This document shows positions 40,671-54,451 of a DNA stretch of 64,000 nucleotides, piece by piece (positions within the stretch are counted from its first letter, which is position 1; the number at the start of each line of letters is the position of its first letter). The position numbers and the translations under genes are program-made. Source of the stretch: Octopus vulgaris (Eukaryota); contig OX597831.1 of the NCBI GenBank assembly GCA_951406725.2, positions 7,316,001-7,380,000 on the forward strand, given 5' to 3'. The notes under the pieces are model-generated. The model searched no databases. It was not told where the DNA came from and saw only the letters and a list, made by a program, of their open reading frames with translations.

Positions 40671-42889
40671 TACATACACACATATATACCTGTATGTGTG
40701 TGTGTGTATACACATGGAAATATATATTTCACACAAGCAAAGCATTCATGATTCTGCCAGCTCAATGCTTTCAGCAGCTGTTAAATATAACCAAATGCGC
40801 ACAAGTTCAATCCCAACCTGAAGCTGCTAAGAAGACTTTCATGGGTCAGATTTCACAATGACACCAAACCTTGAACAGATCGGAATTTGTAGAGTTATTT
40901 ACTTATCTATTTATCACAACCCACATCGTATTCCTACTTTAGAAATCACAATAGATTCTAGCAAGTTGTACACAGCACAAAGTCTGCCCACATTTTACCG
41001 TTCGTGGGAGGCACTAAAACTGACATTTGCAAGCTTTTATCCAGAACATACCACAAGGACATTAACAAGTCTTGTTTTGAGATGCGGCCTGTCAAAACTG
41101 TTGTATTTTTAAATCTTAACATTTTTAGCCTGACCTTTTCTTTTAGGAACATTTTAAACTCAGAAAACTCTTTCTCTCACAGCTTTTAATAATTTGGCAA
41201 CTTTTCTCAAATGGTTTCTCTTTTCTTCTCCTTTCTCTCCTTTCTTCTTTCTCTCCTTTCTTCTCCTTTCTCTCCCATTAAAGTGTCTGTCGATAAAGTC
41301 ATTTCAGTTTGTTTTCTCTAAAAACCACAGATGAAGTTGCATTCATCATAATTTTGACTTTGCTTCTTTTCTTCCGTCTGACGCTAATTTAAAAGCACCA
41401 ATTGTCAAAGACTGGAATTATGTCAACTGGCTTTTGTCCATAATGTTAATGAATGAAAGAAATTCAGCCTTAGCCTCAAACTTATAAGTAAAATATCACT
41501 TGTAATATAATATATATGAACAACAATTAGTAAACCATTGAAGGAAAATTTTACCAGATGATGTGGGAACCTTTACATGGTCACTTGGCCTACTAGAAAT
41601 AGCAACCAAAACTTCCCTTCAAAACATAACCTGTACCAGTAGTCTGAGTTAAACTGTGTCTGTAAGGATGGGGTGGTCATGCCTGAAATGTCTTTGATCA
41701 TAGGTCTGCTTGATCAGGGCTGGTTCTAGCAGCAACACCATCATCATCGTCATCATCATCATCGTTGTCGTTAACAACAACAACATTGACAATTCCATCA
41801 TCACCATGACAATGGCTTCTGATGGTGTTCTTGTTCAAGTCATATGAGCAAGGATTTGGGGATTTTTGTTTCAAGCGCAGCATCCAATATATCTAAAGAA
41901 AAGACTAGTGGGTCACATCTGGAACATATTTGAAGATGGGTTTGCTTGATTAAGGCTGAGTAGGGGCAAGTAAAGGGAAGGGGTTTAAACAACAACAATT
42001 TGCCTCATTGAAGGTGAACAAGTCTCATGGCCAAGCAGCCAGTCCTTCTTTTCCAGACACATTCAGCAATGAAGACTGGCTATTTATGGTTGGAACATGT
42101 TTAAACCTAATCATACTCAAATAAGGATCGTCCTGGATCTAAAAGAAACAAGTACCAAGGCTATTTAGTAATTATATTATTCTCCAAATAAAAGGGTGTT
42201 TCCCTGATTTCCTCAGCTGTCTTCACAGCCATCCTGCATCTGGGAATTCCTTTATTTTCTCTAGAATACTGACATACTTGGCACTTCTAACTTTGTTTAC
42301 AAAATCTTCTCACATTCTAAAGCTACTTCTTAGCATTATAGAAAGGTGGAACCTGTTGTCAGGGATCTCTTACCTTAATGGCACACGGTGCTCGACCAGA
42401 ATTTCAGAGGTGCAGGTTTCACTTCCCTGTGTAGCCTTGCCGGCCCCTTTTTCCCTTCTTCCAAATGGTACCCAATTTTCCAAACTCTCTTCACAACCCC
42501 CCTGCATTCTTTGTGAATTCTTTTACTTTCTGGTACTTATTCTCTTGATCTCTTTTGTTGAACTTCCAAGTTATGGGAACGTAAACAAACCAACACTGAC
42601 TGCCAGGTGGTGGTGGTGGTGGGGATGAACACAAATGAAAAGACAAACACACACACATACATACATACATACGTACACACATACATACATACATACATAC
42701 ATATATACATACATACATACATACATACATACATACATACATACATACATACATACATACATACATACATACATACATACCTTGTCAATGTTGTTGACAT
42801 TGCAATGAAGGAGCCTTGGATCTAGGTTAGAAACAGTCTCTTTCTCTATTGGCAAGAAATCTTGAAATAAAACTGAATAATGATATATA

Positions 42890-42990
<101 letters not shown>

Positions 42991-43089
42991 CGGGAAGCTT
43001 TATGAAAATAAACAAAAGACGAAGGCAGGTGAAGTACAAACAAACATATAATGTATTAGTATGGTGCTCAGAAATATAAATAAAACAAG

Positions 43090-43127
43090 TCTTTTACGTT
43101 TCAAGCCTACGCTCTTCAACAGAAAGA
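43090..43127 (-). ncRNA. Degenerate or variant minimal hammerhead (A6U)
   Basis: Minus strand: TCTTT-CTGTTGA-A-GAGC GTAG GCTT-GAAACGTA-AAAGA. Stems intact, core A6 changed. Confidence 0.5.
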
Positions 43128-43818
43128 TACACAGAAAAGAAACACGGAGAGATACAAGGAGAGAAAAAAATGCGTGCAGAAGGCTAGCGATTCAACATGG
43201 CGATATATATATATATGTCACCTTAAACCTCTCCATACTGGCATTCCCCTCAACCTCACCTCCACCCTCGTTCCTCACTCACTATATTCACCTCCATTCT
43301 CATCTCCTGCCATGACCCACTCTCCATATCCTCTCCTATGTTCCCTTTCTTGTACCTTGACTCTTTGCTCTGGCACACCATCACAATCTTCCTTCTATCT
43401 CCTTCTCAACCATTCCCATCCACCTCTCCATATAATTCTCCCTCCTCAATAGCAAAACGCTTCTGCTTCTCCCTTGATTTTCAGCTTTTCAACCTCCGGC
43501 ATCAAGCCACCTTTTCCCCACTCAGATACTCCCCATTCACTTGTGGCTGCCTTTTCCTTTTCCTCTCCCTCTTCTTTTACTGAATTGCAACTTACCTGTG
43601 TGCCACTTACCTGTGCCAATGGCACACAGAGAAAAAAAAAGAAAGAAAGAACAAAAGCACTCGGTGCACACTGTAAAGTGGTTGGATTTAGGAAGAATCT
43701 TCAGCCATAGAGACCAGGCCAAAGCAGACACTGGAGCCTGACACAGCCTTGAGGCTTGCTGGGTCCCCCTCAACACCAGCCAGCATGGAAAGTGGACATT
43801 GAATTATGATGAGGATAC

Positions 43819-43862
<44 letters not shown>

Positions 43863-44035
43863 GTGACGATGACGATGACGACGACGACGACAACGACGAC
43901 AACAACGATGATATATTTACACACACACACACACACACACACTTGTATGTATGTTACGTTCCCTTGCACTTTATCATTTCTTTTCATGATATTCTATGTT
44001 TTTAATGCAACATCAATTATTCTAAAAATTTCCAG

Positions 44036-44118
44036 CCATTGAAACAAGTAAAAAGAATTCCGAGAAAGAAAAGAAGGATCTGGAAGCATTAACAAAAAAC
44101 AGAGATTTAATAAACAAG
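44036..44118 (+). CDS. CFAP58: CFAP58 exon 10 (IETSKKNSEKEKKDLEALTKNRDLINK)
   Basis: ttccag| and |gtaaag, phase 1-0. Matches human VEASKKQAELDRKAMDELLRERDILNK. Confidence 0.9.
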
Positions 44119-44841
44119 GTAAAGAAATCATAATTTTGATTCTAGAAAATATTTAAACAATCATTAAACAATAGGTTGCTGCCTTTTAGAAAGGTTACCA
44201 AAATTTTCTGCAATTAACAACACATTGTTTGAGATGTTTTCTAAGTGAATGAAGAATATAGTTTCATTGTTCTGAAAGTTGACAGGCATTTGTCCCACTT
44301 GTAACCTTAGGTGTAGTAATTAGACTCCACAAATACCATAGAATATATTCCTGTTATTTAATAAATGGTTTTCTCTTTCTCAATATTTCTCATTCAAATT
44401 TGATTCTTGTTGATTGATGCCGTTTTCCTAATTTACATTTATATTTTCTATGGCACAGCATTGATGGAATGATTTTTTTTTACAAATTCAAATATTTGCA
44501 TTTTGTAAGAACACTTTTATTTTTAGCTCAATGTCCTTCTTAAATTTAACAATATGGTGCACGATACAGTTGTTACAATAGTAAGGTTTCAAATTTATAA
44601 TCATTTTAGTTACTAACCCTGAGTCTTAACATTAAAGCCCCACAGCCTGGTAACCATTGGACCTCATATTGTCATTGCATTTAGGTTAATTTATGAAATT
44701 GCTTTCTAAAATTTGTTGATATCATACATTTGTCTAAACTCAAATATGATATAAAATTATTCAAAATTAAATTCATTAGAGAAAAAACAAAATGATAGGC
44801 CTACATCAAATCTGTAGTGACCATCATTATCTACAAGCATA

Positions 44842-45238
44842 TCTTTATATATAAAAGTGAGGTTGTGTGCTGTCTGTCTCCTACGATTTAGATTCCTAAC
44901 TACTCCCACATTTTGCGGTGCAGTTTAACCAAAACCGGGTATCTTATAGTCGTGATTCATATCGAGCCCTTCTGGGTATTAGCGCACGTCTACGATGAGT
45001 CTACAATTTAAAAAAAATTTACCATCAATTTTCCCCATTTTTAATGCATTTTTGGCATATATAAGGGAAGTAACTCTCTAAAAATGTATTATTAAATCTC
45101 AGAATGTAAAAAGCTATGGTAACACCCCCCCTCTTTGTGGTTAGCCATATTGAGATGGCTATTATACTTTACATCTCTAAAAATGCTTATATAGTTATTT
45201 CCCTTACAAACCTGAGCAACGCCGGGCGATACTGCTAG
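44842..45238 (+). mobile_element. Non-autonomous Helitron
   Basis: A|TCTTTATATATAAAA 5' end; subterminal hairpin CCTGAGCAACGCCGGG; CTAG|T 3' end; no TSD. Confidence 0.85.
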
Positions 45239-46185
45239 TTATTACATAGAAAGATATTCCCTCTTGTTGGAACAATGACTGTGTAGAATGGAAACCTATT
45301 TTCATGTTTGATGGATTTGTAGCAGGCTTACACGGTAAATTGAACCCAGGGCTTGTTGTTTCCAATCAAAACAACTGTCTGACTTCCAAGTGATGATGTC
45401 ACTACAAGTTTGTCCAAACAGATATGTTGTGGTCTTATAGAAAGAGGCCATTATAAGAACCACATAGAAATGCAGAAAGAGACAGACAGGAAAATTGATG
45501 CAACCATGCATTTAGTCAGGTGATGTTTAAATTTAGCTGTTGTTAGACAACCAAACTTTGTCAGCATGATGAATCAGGAAGATAAACAACCAGAAATGCT
45601 CTCAACTTCAAAATTATTCTATAGCAGTCACATTTATTCATTTGCTCTCTCACCCTCTCTAAATTTTTATCTCTGGTCTCCATTTATCTATGGAACCTGT
45701 TCAATCAAACCTCTGCATAAAAGGAAATTTCTGTCGTCATTCTTTTGTGCTTCTTTGAATGGTCATGTCCAATATAATCTTTTCACCATAAACATATCAT
45801 GAATCAAAAACCATTTCTCTCCTGGTCATCCAACTTTCTATTCATTTCAGTGATGATGTTAAAAAATAAAGGAAGTTAGTCTGATTTCTTTTAGTAACAT
45901 TTAATTCCAAATAAGGCAGTTGAATGTCCAAATTTGTTGACCATCTGACCAAATGATTTACTGCATTTAATTTTGTTTTTATTTATTTTTTGTTTCCACT
46001 CCTCAAGATGTCAGTCAGACAGGACCCAGTAAAATATTTCAACTCGTATAGATAAGGGGTCAAATATCTTAGGAGATTTAGTTAATGTATAAAAACAAAA
46101 AAGCTAGTTTCAAAAATGCATTTCTAAATGTTTCCCCACAATAAAATATTTCTCTGTGAAACAACGTATTTACTTTGTTATTTAG

Positions 46186-46377
46186 GATCTGCGGAAAGCA
46201 ATCAGTTTGAAAGAAGAGCACGTCAATCAGGTGAAAGCCTTGGAACAGAACAAGAAAAACCTTGAGCAAGAGATAAGCAACCATAAAGACGAGGCTCAGA
46301 AGCAAAGGAAGTTGATTTATCAGCTGGAGAAAGAAAGAGACAGATATATCAATGAAGCGAGTGACCTCACGCATAAG
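46186..46377 (+). CDS. CFAP58: CFAP58 exon 11 (DLRKA...KDEAQKQRKLIYQLEKERDRYINEASDLTHK)
   Basis: tttag| and |gtaaat, 192 nt. Near-identical to human KDEAQKQRKIIFHLEKERDRYINQASDLTQK. Confidence 0.96.
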
Positions 46378-48214
46378 GTAAATTAATGTGTTGATCAGTT
46401 CGTTACAAGTTGAATGTTGTCTGGCTTAATGGTTTGTAAAAAAATTTTTTTGTTGTTTGAAAGAAGCCCCTCGTATATATGTATATATATGTGTGTGTAT
46501 ATGTTTGTGTGTCTGTGTTTGTTCCCCCCACCCCATCGCTTGACAACCGATGCTGGTGTGTTTACGTCCCCGTAACTTAGCGGTTCGGCGAAAGAGACCG
46601 ATAGAATAAGTACTGGGCTTACAAAGAATAAGTCCTGGGGGTCGATTTGCTCGACTAAAGGCAGTGCTCCAGCATGGCCACAGTCAAATGACTGAAACAA
46701 GTAAAAGAGTAAAAGAGTAAAGAGTAAATCCCTATAATTGATAGAATATTGTTTCCCGAGCAGAAGTCTGCAATGCATCCCAGTCACTACGCAAAAATCA
46801 AAATAATATTTCTTCACGTAAAAGATGGTAGTCAAAAATTTGATGTTTCTTGGTGAAGAGATTTGTGTTTTGGAAGATTTTTAATTCCTCATTCTATAAT
46901 TCTACAAGACTGTTCTTTTTTAAGATAAAACCAAAAAAAAAAAAAAAAAAATTCCAAAAAATGGGAAAAAACAAAGAAATATAATTAAATAAAACAAACT
47001 GTTTTATTTAATTACTTTTGTTATTTGTTGATGTGTTAGAATTTGTTCCAAACATAAGCTGAAAAAAAAAAGCAAAAATCCATGTAAAACTCGTTGTTGT
47101 TGTTCTTCTTCTTGTCTCTCTTTTAACAATCTGTTATGTTTGTTCAGCATTTGCCTCATACAACAAACTTCTTGTCACGATAATATCCTAACGCATAACC
47201 CTAGCCATTGTTTTCCACTTTTGTTCCAAGCGAGCAAAACTTTCCATCAGTTCTCTCTTTCTTTTATCTTCCCTAATATTCATTCCATTACTACTTTCTC
47301 CCAATCCACCCCCGACCATCCATCCTTTCACTTTCTTTGCTTCCTTTCTCTACCCCCGCCCCCTGCTCCACACAGTTCTTTCGTTAGGTCTGTGATGAGT
47401 CTTATGACTCATAAAGCTGGAATCTAATCTGTGTATATGTATATGTGTGTATGTGTGTGCGCATGTACACACACATAGTTCTTGCTTGTTATGAGGTATG
47501 TAAACTCCATGAAAACACACCTGTTGTACCTTTTTGTCAAGAAGTGTGTAGAATATAATATCTGTTTCATATATGCAAAAAGTAAATATAATTATGTATC
47601 AGGCCCTAAGTGTTTCATGTAATCTAGAAAATGTCTTCCCCAGGGGGTTGACAGGAATCATGGAAAACATGTGAATGGTTTACACAACATTTCAGAAAGA
47701 TATCTGCTTTCTTTGCCAATGGTAAAACAAAATACAAGAATTACAGGCATTATCTTATACATTCGTTGATTCAGATGGAATTTCAATCTGAAATAATCAG
47801 CTTGATTTTCTATACACCCTCGTCTTATACATTGAAGTTGTTAAGCCTTTTTCCTTCCACAATCCACTGATAGGGACAATCAACCATTTGCTTAATAAGG
47901 GGAACCCTGGAGTCAGGATTTACTGCACACACATGCACATACACACACATATTTATGAATATATATATACATATATATATATGGCGTCATTCGAAGGCTA
48001 AAACAATGCGAACGCATTGTGACCAGCGATGTGTAACAACATCTGATGGTCTGGTCGGTCACGTGATCACATGATATATATATCATCATCGTCTGTTCTC
48101 CATGCTATGGGTTGGACGGTATTCTGGGAAGCCAGAAGGCTGCACCAGGCTCCATCTATCTGGCAATATGGATGCCCTTCCTAACGCCAACCACTAGTAT
48201 GGGTGCTTTTTACG

Positions 48215-48266
<52 letters not shown>

Positions 48267-48416
48267 AAAATTATAAATTAGGTATCTACAAGATACCACC
48301 ATGCTCGTAGATACCCTAATTTATAATTTTAATAATTATTACCTTTGAAGGTTATTTTTTCCATGCTGACCACTTGATAAAATCGTTATTTTATTTTTAA
48401 ATTAACGATCTTATCC

Positions 48417-48473
<57 letters not shown>

Positions 48474-48967
48474 TAGATAGATAGATAGAAAGAGAAAGAT
48501 AGATAGATACACACACATCATCATCAACATCATATTCATTATCATTGTTGTAATGTTTACTTTTTAAAGCGTGAGTCAGACAAGAGGATGTTGGAGCAAA
48601 GGTTTCTACACCCAGGTGCACTTCCTGTTGCCAACACGCATGTTTCCAACTGAGGTGAAAATCTCTCTCTCATATATATATACATATATTTTTTTTAATA
48701 ATATATTATTATTATTATTAATAAAGAAAATCAATATTCAAACTCATCATAACGATATACCTGTGTGAAAGAAATTATTGTATTAAAAATATAAATAGAT
48801 AGATATAAAAATATAAATATAATGTATAAAATAAATTTGATAATGTAAAAATTTTGAATTAATTATTTAAGTATCTTACGATCATTTTAATACAATAGCA
48901 TTTTTAATACAATAATGTCTCTCACACGGGTATATCGTTATGATGAGTTTGGATATTGATTTTCTTT

Positions 48968-49013
<46 letters not shown>

Positions 49014-49146
49014 TTAAAGAATATATCGCTCGTATTAAATATATAAATACTTTAATAGTATTAATATTTTTATACTATGGAGCACTCAATATATAAGATT
49101 CTCATTGAATATATTTACCTAAAGATTTATATATATATGATGATGA

Positions 49147-49182
<36 letters not shown>

Positions 49183-49408
49183 CACACACACACATATATA
49201 TATACATATATATACATATACATATATACATCTCTCTATATATAAACGGCAGTTTGTCTGTGCGTGTTTCTGTGTGTCTGTTTCTCGACCTCATATATAT
49301 GAAACTTGACACACGCATAGCCCAATGTCATATAAAACTAACGCAGCGAAAATTTTGAAAAGTTCCCCCAGTTCATATATAAATTCACATAGAATATAGG
49401 GGACGCAA

Positions 49409-49443
<35 letters not shown>

Positions 49444-49447
49444 TATA

Positions 49448-49494
<47 letters not shown>

Positions 49495-49960
49495 AATATA
49501 TATGTATATTTATATATATATATATACATATACATATATACACATATATAAACATACTTGTCGCTGGGGCAAAGTTTCAGCCTGACTTCAGGTGACATGG
49601 TCATGGAACAGTGAGATTGACAGGAGCATAAAAGTGAAGAGATGGGTTTAGAAAGATTGGTAAAATAGAGACCGCAAAGATGTATATGAGGTAGCAAGGA
49701 GGGAAGCTGGGTGACGGGTCTACCTAGCAAGGGCAGAAGCAGAAAGGAAGAGGTTTTCCAATGTCTTACACTGTGAATGTCAGAGACTCGAGATGTTGTG
49801 GGAGACAAGTGGGTACAGATGGATAAAGGTCTGCCTGCACTCAATGACCCTGAAAAGAAAGAGTACAACAGGGATCGCCACCACCCCCTGCCAGAGCCTC
49901 GTGGAGCTTTAGGTGTTTTCGCTCAATAAACACAACACACACAACGCCCGGTCTGGGAAT

Positions 49961-50400
49961 CGAAACCGCGATCCTCCGACCATGAGTCCGCTGCCCTAAC
50001 CACTGGGCCATTGCGCCTCCTGAATGTGGTGTATCGGTAGGAGTTCATCAGGGCTTGGTTCTCAGTTCATCGAAACCGCGATCCTCCGACCATGAGTCCG
50101 CTGCCCTAACCACTGGGCCATTGCGTCTCCTGAATGTGGTGTATCGGTAGGAGTTCATCAGGGCTTGGTTCTCAGTTCATCGAAACCGCGATCCTCTGAC
50201 CATGAGTCCGCTGCCCTAACCACTGGGCCATTGCGCCTCCTGAATGTGGTGTATCGGTAGGAGTTCATCAGGGCTCGGTTCTCAGTTCATCGAAACCGCG
50301 ATCCTCCGACCATGAGTCCGCTGCCCTAACCACTGGGCCATTGCGCCTCCTGAATGTGGTGTATCGGTAGGAGTTCATCAGGGCTTGGTTCTCAGTTCAT
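49961..50400. repeat. 4 x 110-bp tandem array of a SINE-head/LINE-RT junction
   Basis: Units start at 49961, 50071, 50181 and 50291 and are near-identical. Confidence 0.95.
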
Positions 50401-50499
50401 CATCATCCAGAGTTCTGTTTAAACTTGATGACTTGCATAGGTAGGGTTACTATGAAAGGTTATGAAATGTGATGGATGAGAGGGAGAAAGAGAGTCTTC

Positions 50500-51170
50500 C
50501 CTATGTGAACTGAATGAGAAGAACTTGGCTAAGAATAAGCCATTGTACTTGGTGGCATTCATTGACTTAGAGAAAGCCTTTGATAGAGTAACTCGTTCAA
50601 TAATATGGTGGTCTCTGAGGAAGATAGGGTCAGACGAATGGCTTGTGAAAGCTGTACAGACCATGCACAGGGGTGCTGTTAGTAAGGTAAGGGTTAGCCA
50701 TGGATACAATGTTGAATGTGGTGTTGCTGTTGCTGTTGAGCGAACGGTTTTCGTCCCAGAGCTCGCAAGATGGGAGAAGTCCGAAACATGATCCTTTGCT
50801 ATACGTAAGACCCGCAGAAGAGAAAGCAGGTCAACCCCCGACACCGAGAGCATCGACGGATGGATGAATGCGCATCCAGGCTCAGCGGTTGCATAGGAAG
50901 TCGGGGACAAGAAACAAGAAGAAAGAGTGAGAGAAAGTTGGGGTGAAAGAGTACAACAGGGGTCGCCACCACCCCCTGCTGGAGCCTCGTGGAGCTTTAA
51001 GTGTTTTCGCTCAATAAGCATACACAACGCCCGGCCTGGGAATCGAAACTGCGATCCTCCGACCGCGAGTCCACTGCCCTAACCACTGGGCCATTGCGCC
51101 TCCTGAATGTGGTGTATCGGTAGGAGTTCATCAGGGCTTGGTTCTCAGTTCATCATCATCCAGAGTTCTG
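50500..51170 (+). mobile_element. RTE RT fragment interrupted by a type A SINE (50725-51103, -)
   Basis: LYLVAFIDLEKAFDRV...|SINE|...GVSVGVHQGLVLS; TSD TGAATGTGGTGT at 50713-50724 and 51104-51115. Confidence 0.9.
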
Positions 51171-51728
51171 TTTAAACTTGATCATTGAATCATCTTCACA
51201 ACAATCATGGAATCTACTCTACACATGTAGTTAATGTGCCACACATTCAATAACAACAGTGCTCTACCAGTTCAAAAACTAAGAGTTAAATACCTGTATA
51301 GCCCAATGCTTCTTTTCAATTTAATGCTGAAAGATATTGTATCACCATCTCTTCTTTTTTATTAAATAAACTTAGTTTCTTCATGCAAAACCGTCTTTAT
51401 TATACAAACTCCAAACACACTAAATTATTACTGACTCTAACGCATGGGATTTCAAATCTTTCTGTTTCTTAAGGAGCCTCCACATTGTCTTGTGGTTGAA
51501 ATAATATGTATTTTCTATAAACATGTTATACAAACAGTTGATGTTGTCGACTGATTGTGAAGCTGAGAACATATTAACAGAGAAATCCATGACCTAGATT
51601 TACTGATACGGAATGGAGATGTGACATTTAGAACTTCAAATGGACACCAGTTTGAGGAAATCCATTAGAGAATAGGAGAGAATTGAAATATTAAATATAT
51701 CAACGGTGAATATGGTCATCTATTAAAT

Positions 51729-51759
<31 letters not shown>

Positions 51760-51964
51760 TTACGTGCATTCCCATATACACACACACACTTACGTGCATT
51801 CACATACACACACACATGTGCATATATATATGTGTGTATATATATATCATCATCATCATCATGTGTATGTGTATGTATGTCAGTATGTATGTATGTATTA
51901 TGTATGTATGTATGTATGTGTGTGTGTGTGTATGTATGTACGTATGTATGTGTGTGTGTGTATG

Positions 51965-51997
<33 letters not shown>

Positions 51998-52034
51998 GTG
52001 TATATGTATGTATGTGTGTATATGTATGTATGTA

Positions 52035-52071
<37 letters not shown>

Positions 52072-52311
52072 ATGTATGCGTGTATATATGTGACATATTC
52101 AAAGCTGTTATTTCTGCAGGTAAGAAACAATTATTCTCCCAGACACAAAGCCATCCCCAGTATAGCACATGTTTAAGGAGTGTGTTGTTGCATGGTGGTG
52201 GTGGTGATGATGGCAACAAGGATGATGTCAGCAGTGGCGAAGGTAGTGGTATTGGTATCAACTTGGTATAATTCTTGGTATAATTCTTACCAAATACCTT
52301 TTTTGTTTCAG

Positions 52312-52473
52312 GTTCTTCAATTAATGGAAGAAGTGAAAATGAGGGAAATGCAAATATTCGATTTCAAGAAGAAAATAGCCGAAGCTGAAACAAAGCTGAA
52401 ACAACAACAAAACCTTTACGAAGCCGTGAGAAGTGACCGGAATCTTTATAGTAAACATTTGATTGAATGTCAG
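52312..52473 (+). CDS. CFAP58: CFAP58 exon 12 (VLQLMEEVK...KLKQQQNLYEAVRSDRNLYSKHLIECQ)
   Basis: tttcag| and |gtgagt. Contains the hallmark KLKQQQNLYEAVRSDRNLYSK. Confidence 0.97.
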
Positions 52474-52713
52474 GTGAGTTGGGATATTTGGTCCATTGGT
52501 GCCTCTTGAAGTGTCGAGGAATGGCCATTAGGAAATAATGTATTTTAGTCGTTAGTATTCTCTGATTCAGAATCTTTTGTTTGATAATTCCTTAACGACT
52601 TTAGCCTTTTTTGTAATCAAGTTCTTTAAAATACCTAAAAAATATGAAATTGTTTTCGCTTGATAGTTTTCATTTTGGGTGTATGTGTGTGTAAGAGAGA
52701 GAGAGAGGGGGGG

Positions 52714-52744
<31 letters not shown>

Positions 52745-54099
52745 GAACTGTGTTCAGTAAAGTCAAGGCAGTAATTTGATGCCTGAGTATTAAAACTACT
52801 CCGAATAATTGGCAGGTTTTCGGTAGATTCCATATCTTGATGCTAGTGTGTGATGATTATTCATTTCTCTTGAGCTGGTAATTACTGTATTTCTGTGATA
52901 TCATCATGATAATGTAGAATGAAAGAACTTGCATTAATATGAGAGCAAGAGTCAGGAATTCTGGTAATTTTCCTGTAAATTGAGTTAGTGAGTTACGTCA
53001 AACCACAACTCTGCTGACGAGCTGACCTGTAATTATTAATTATACTATTGGTCCCGGTTGACAAAGTATATTCAGAAGATGATTTGAAAGTGTGAATGTG
53101 AAGATGGTTTAAATTACAGAATGTAAGATTAAGAATTAGTTTATGGTGCTTCCTTCTTGTATAATATACACTTGTAGTCAATAGCATCTTTGCTAATCAT
53201 TGAATCAATGTCTTCCAACTGAGGTCTAATGAGTTTTTTTATGCTTACAGCTTTGAATAAGCACAAGGATCTATTTCTGAATTCATTAATTTTGAGTTCT
53301 GTATTGTTAAGCAGATCAAATGGAAATTGTAGTTGTGATACCTGTGCCGGTGGCACGTAAAAAGCACCATTCGAACGTGGTCGATGCCGGTGCCACCTTG
53401 ACTGGCTTCCGTACTGGTGGCACGTAAAAAGCACCATTCGAACATGGCCGATGCCAGCCTTCCCCTGGCACCTGTGCCGGTGGCACGTAAAAAGCATCCA
53501 CTACACTCATGGAGTGGTTGGCATTAGGAAGGGCATCCAGCTGTAGAAACACTGCCAGATCAGACTGGGCCTGGTGCAGCCTCCTGACCCCAGTCGAACC
53601 GTCCAACCCGTGCTAGCACGGAAAACAGACGTTAAACGATGATGATGATGATGATGAGAGATAAAATTTCTTCTGCACAGAACACTGGGCTCTCATCTTC
53701 AGCTTTTAGAAGAATCCTAGAATCTACCATTCCACTCCCAAAACTGCATCAACTGGCTGTCCAACTGCATGTTGCTAGACTCCATTAGTGAAATAATCTC
53801 TTCTTGTAGCAAATATAATTTGATGAAGCCATTGAAGTCTTTTAGTGTGTGACTGTCTCAGTAGTCAACACTTATGAAGATGTAGATGCTGAAGTCATCA
53901 GCTATTCAATTTATTATACCAGTAATATCAATGGACGAATATCTTGCCATTTAAATATATTTTTTTACTTGCAAGTAAAGTCTGCAAATAATCCATTCGA
54001 ATCATTTTGTGATTTGTAATGTATGAGTGGAATACAATGGTTTCTGCACCAAATTTGTGAGGTTTGTCTTTTAGTGATAGCTAGGAAGGTAAGTTAATT

Positions 54100-54451
54100 A
54101 CGGAGATGTACTTGCGTAGCAAGTGACTTGATCTGAGATCGTGTGCTGGAACGAAAACAGTTGCAGCATGGAAGGTGTTTATAAGCCATTTAAGAAACAC
54201 ACAAAAACCGTTAGATTCACTTCAACATTTAAATTTAATTTGTCAAAATATTTTTGTCGCTTTGAGACAGTGACCTGTTCACTGACAAAACTGTTCACTG
54301 ACAAAAGATGCAGCACAAAGTTTTGTCAGTGAACAGGTCACGGTCTCAAAGCGACGAAAATATTTTGACAAATTAAATTTAAATGTTGAAGTGAATCTAA
54401 CGGTTTTTGTGCGTTTCTTAAATGGCTTATAAACACCTTCCATGCTGCAAT
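54100..54451. mobile_element. Penelope-like inverted insertion with ~130-bp inverted arms and 12-bp TSD
   Basis: Arms ~54162-54291 and ~54320-54450; TSD GGTAAGTTAATT at 54088-54099 and 54452-54463. Each arm carries a hammerhead-like motif. Confidence 0.75.
54322..54372 (+). ncRNA. Minimal hammerhead variant with swapped G3-C8 pair
   Basis: TTTGTCA-GTGAACA-G-GTCAC GGTCTCAAA GCGAC-GAA-AATATT-T-TGACAAA: 7-bp stem I and palindromic stem III AATATT. The inverted copy at 54239-54289 carries G12A. Confidence 0.65.

Noticed and set aside
40720-41100. Possible SWIM-finger (Kolobok-like) transposon remnant on the minus strand
   Set aside because: WVVINR...WCHC...CAH is suggestive but too decayed to call without a profile search.
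49961-50400. 110-bp array as a CRISPR array
   Set aside because: There are no unique spacers, both halves derive from a SINE and a LINE, the context is eukaryotic and there are no cas genes.
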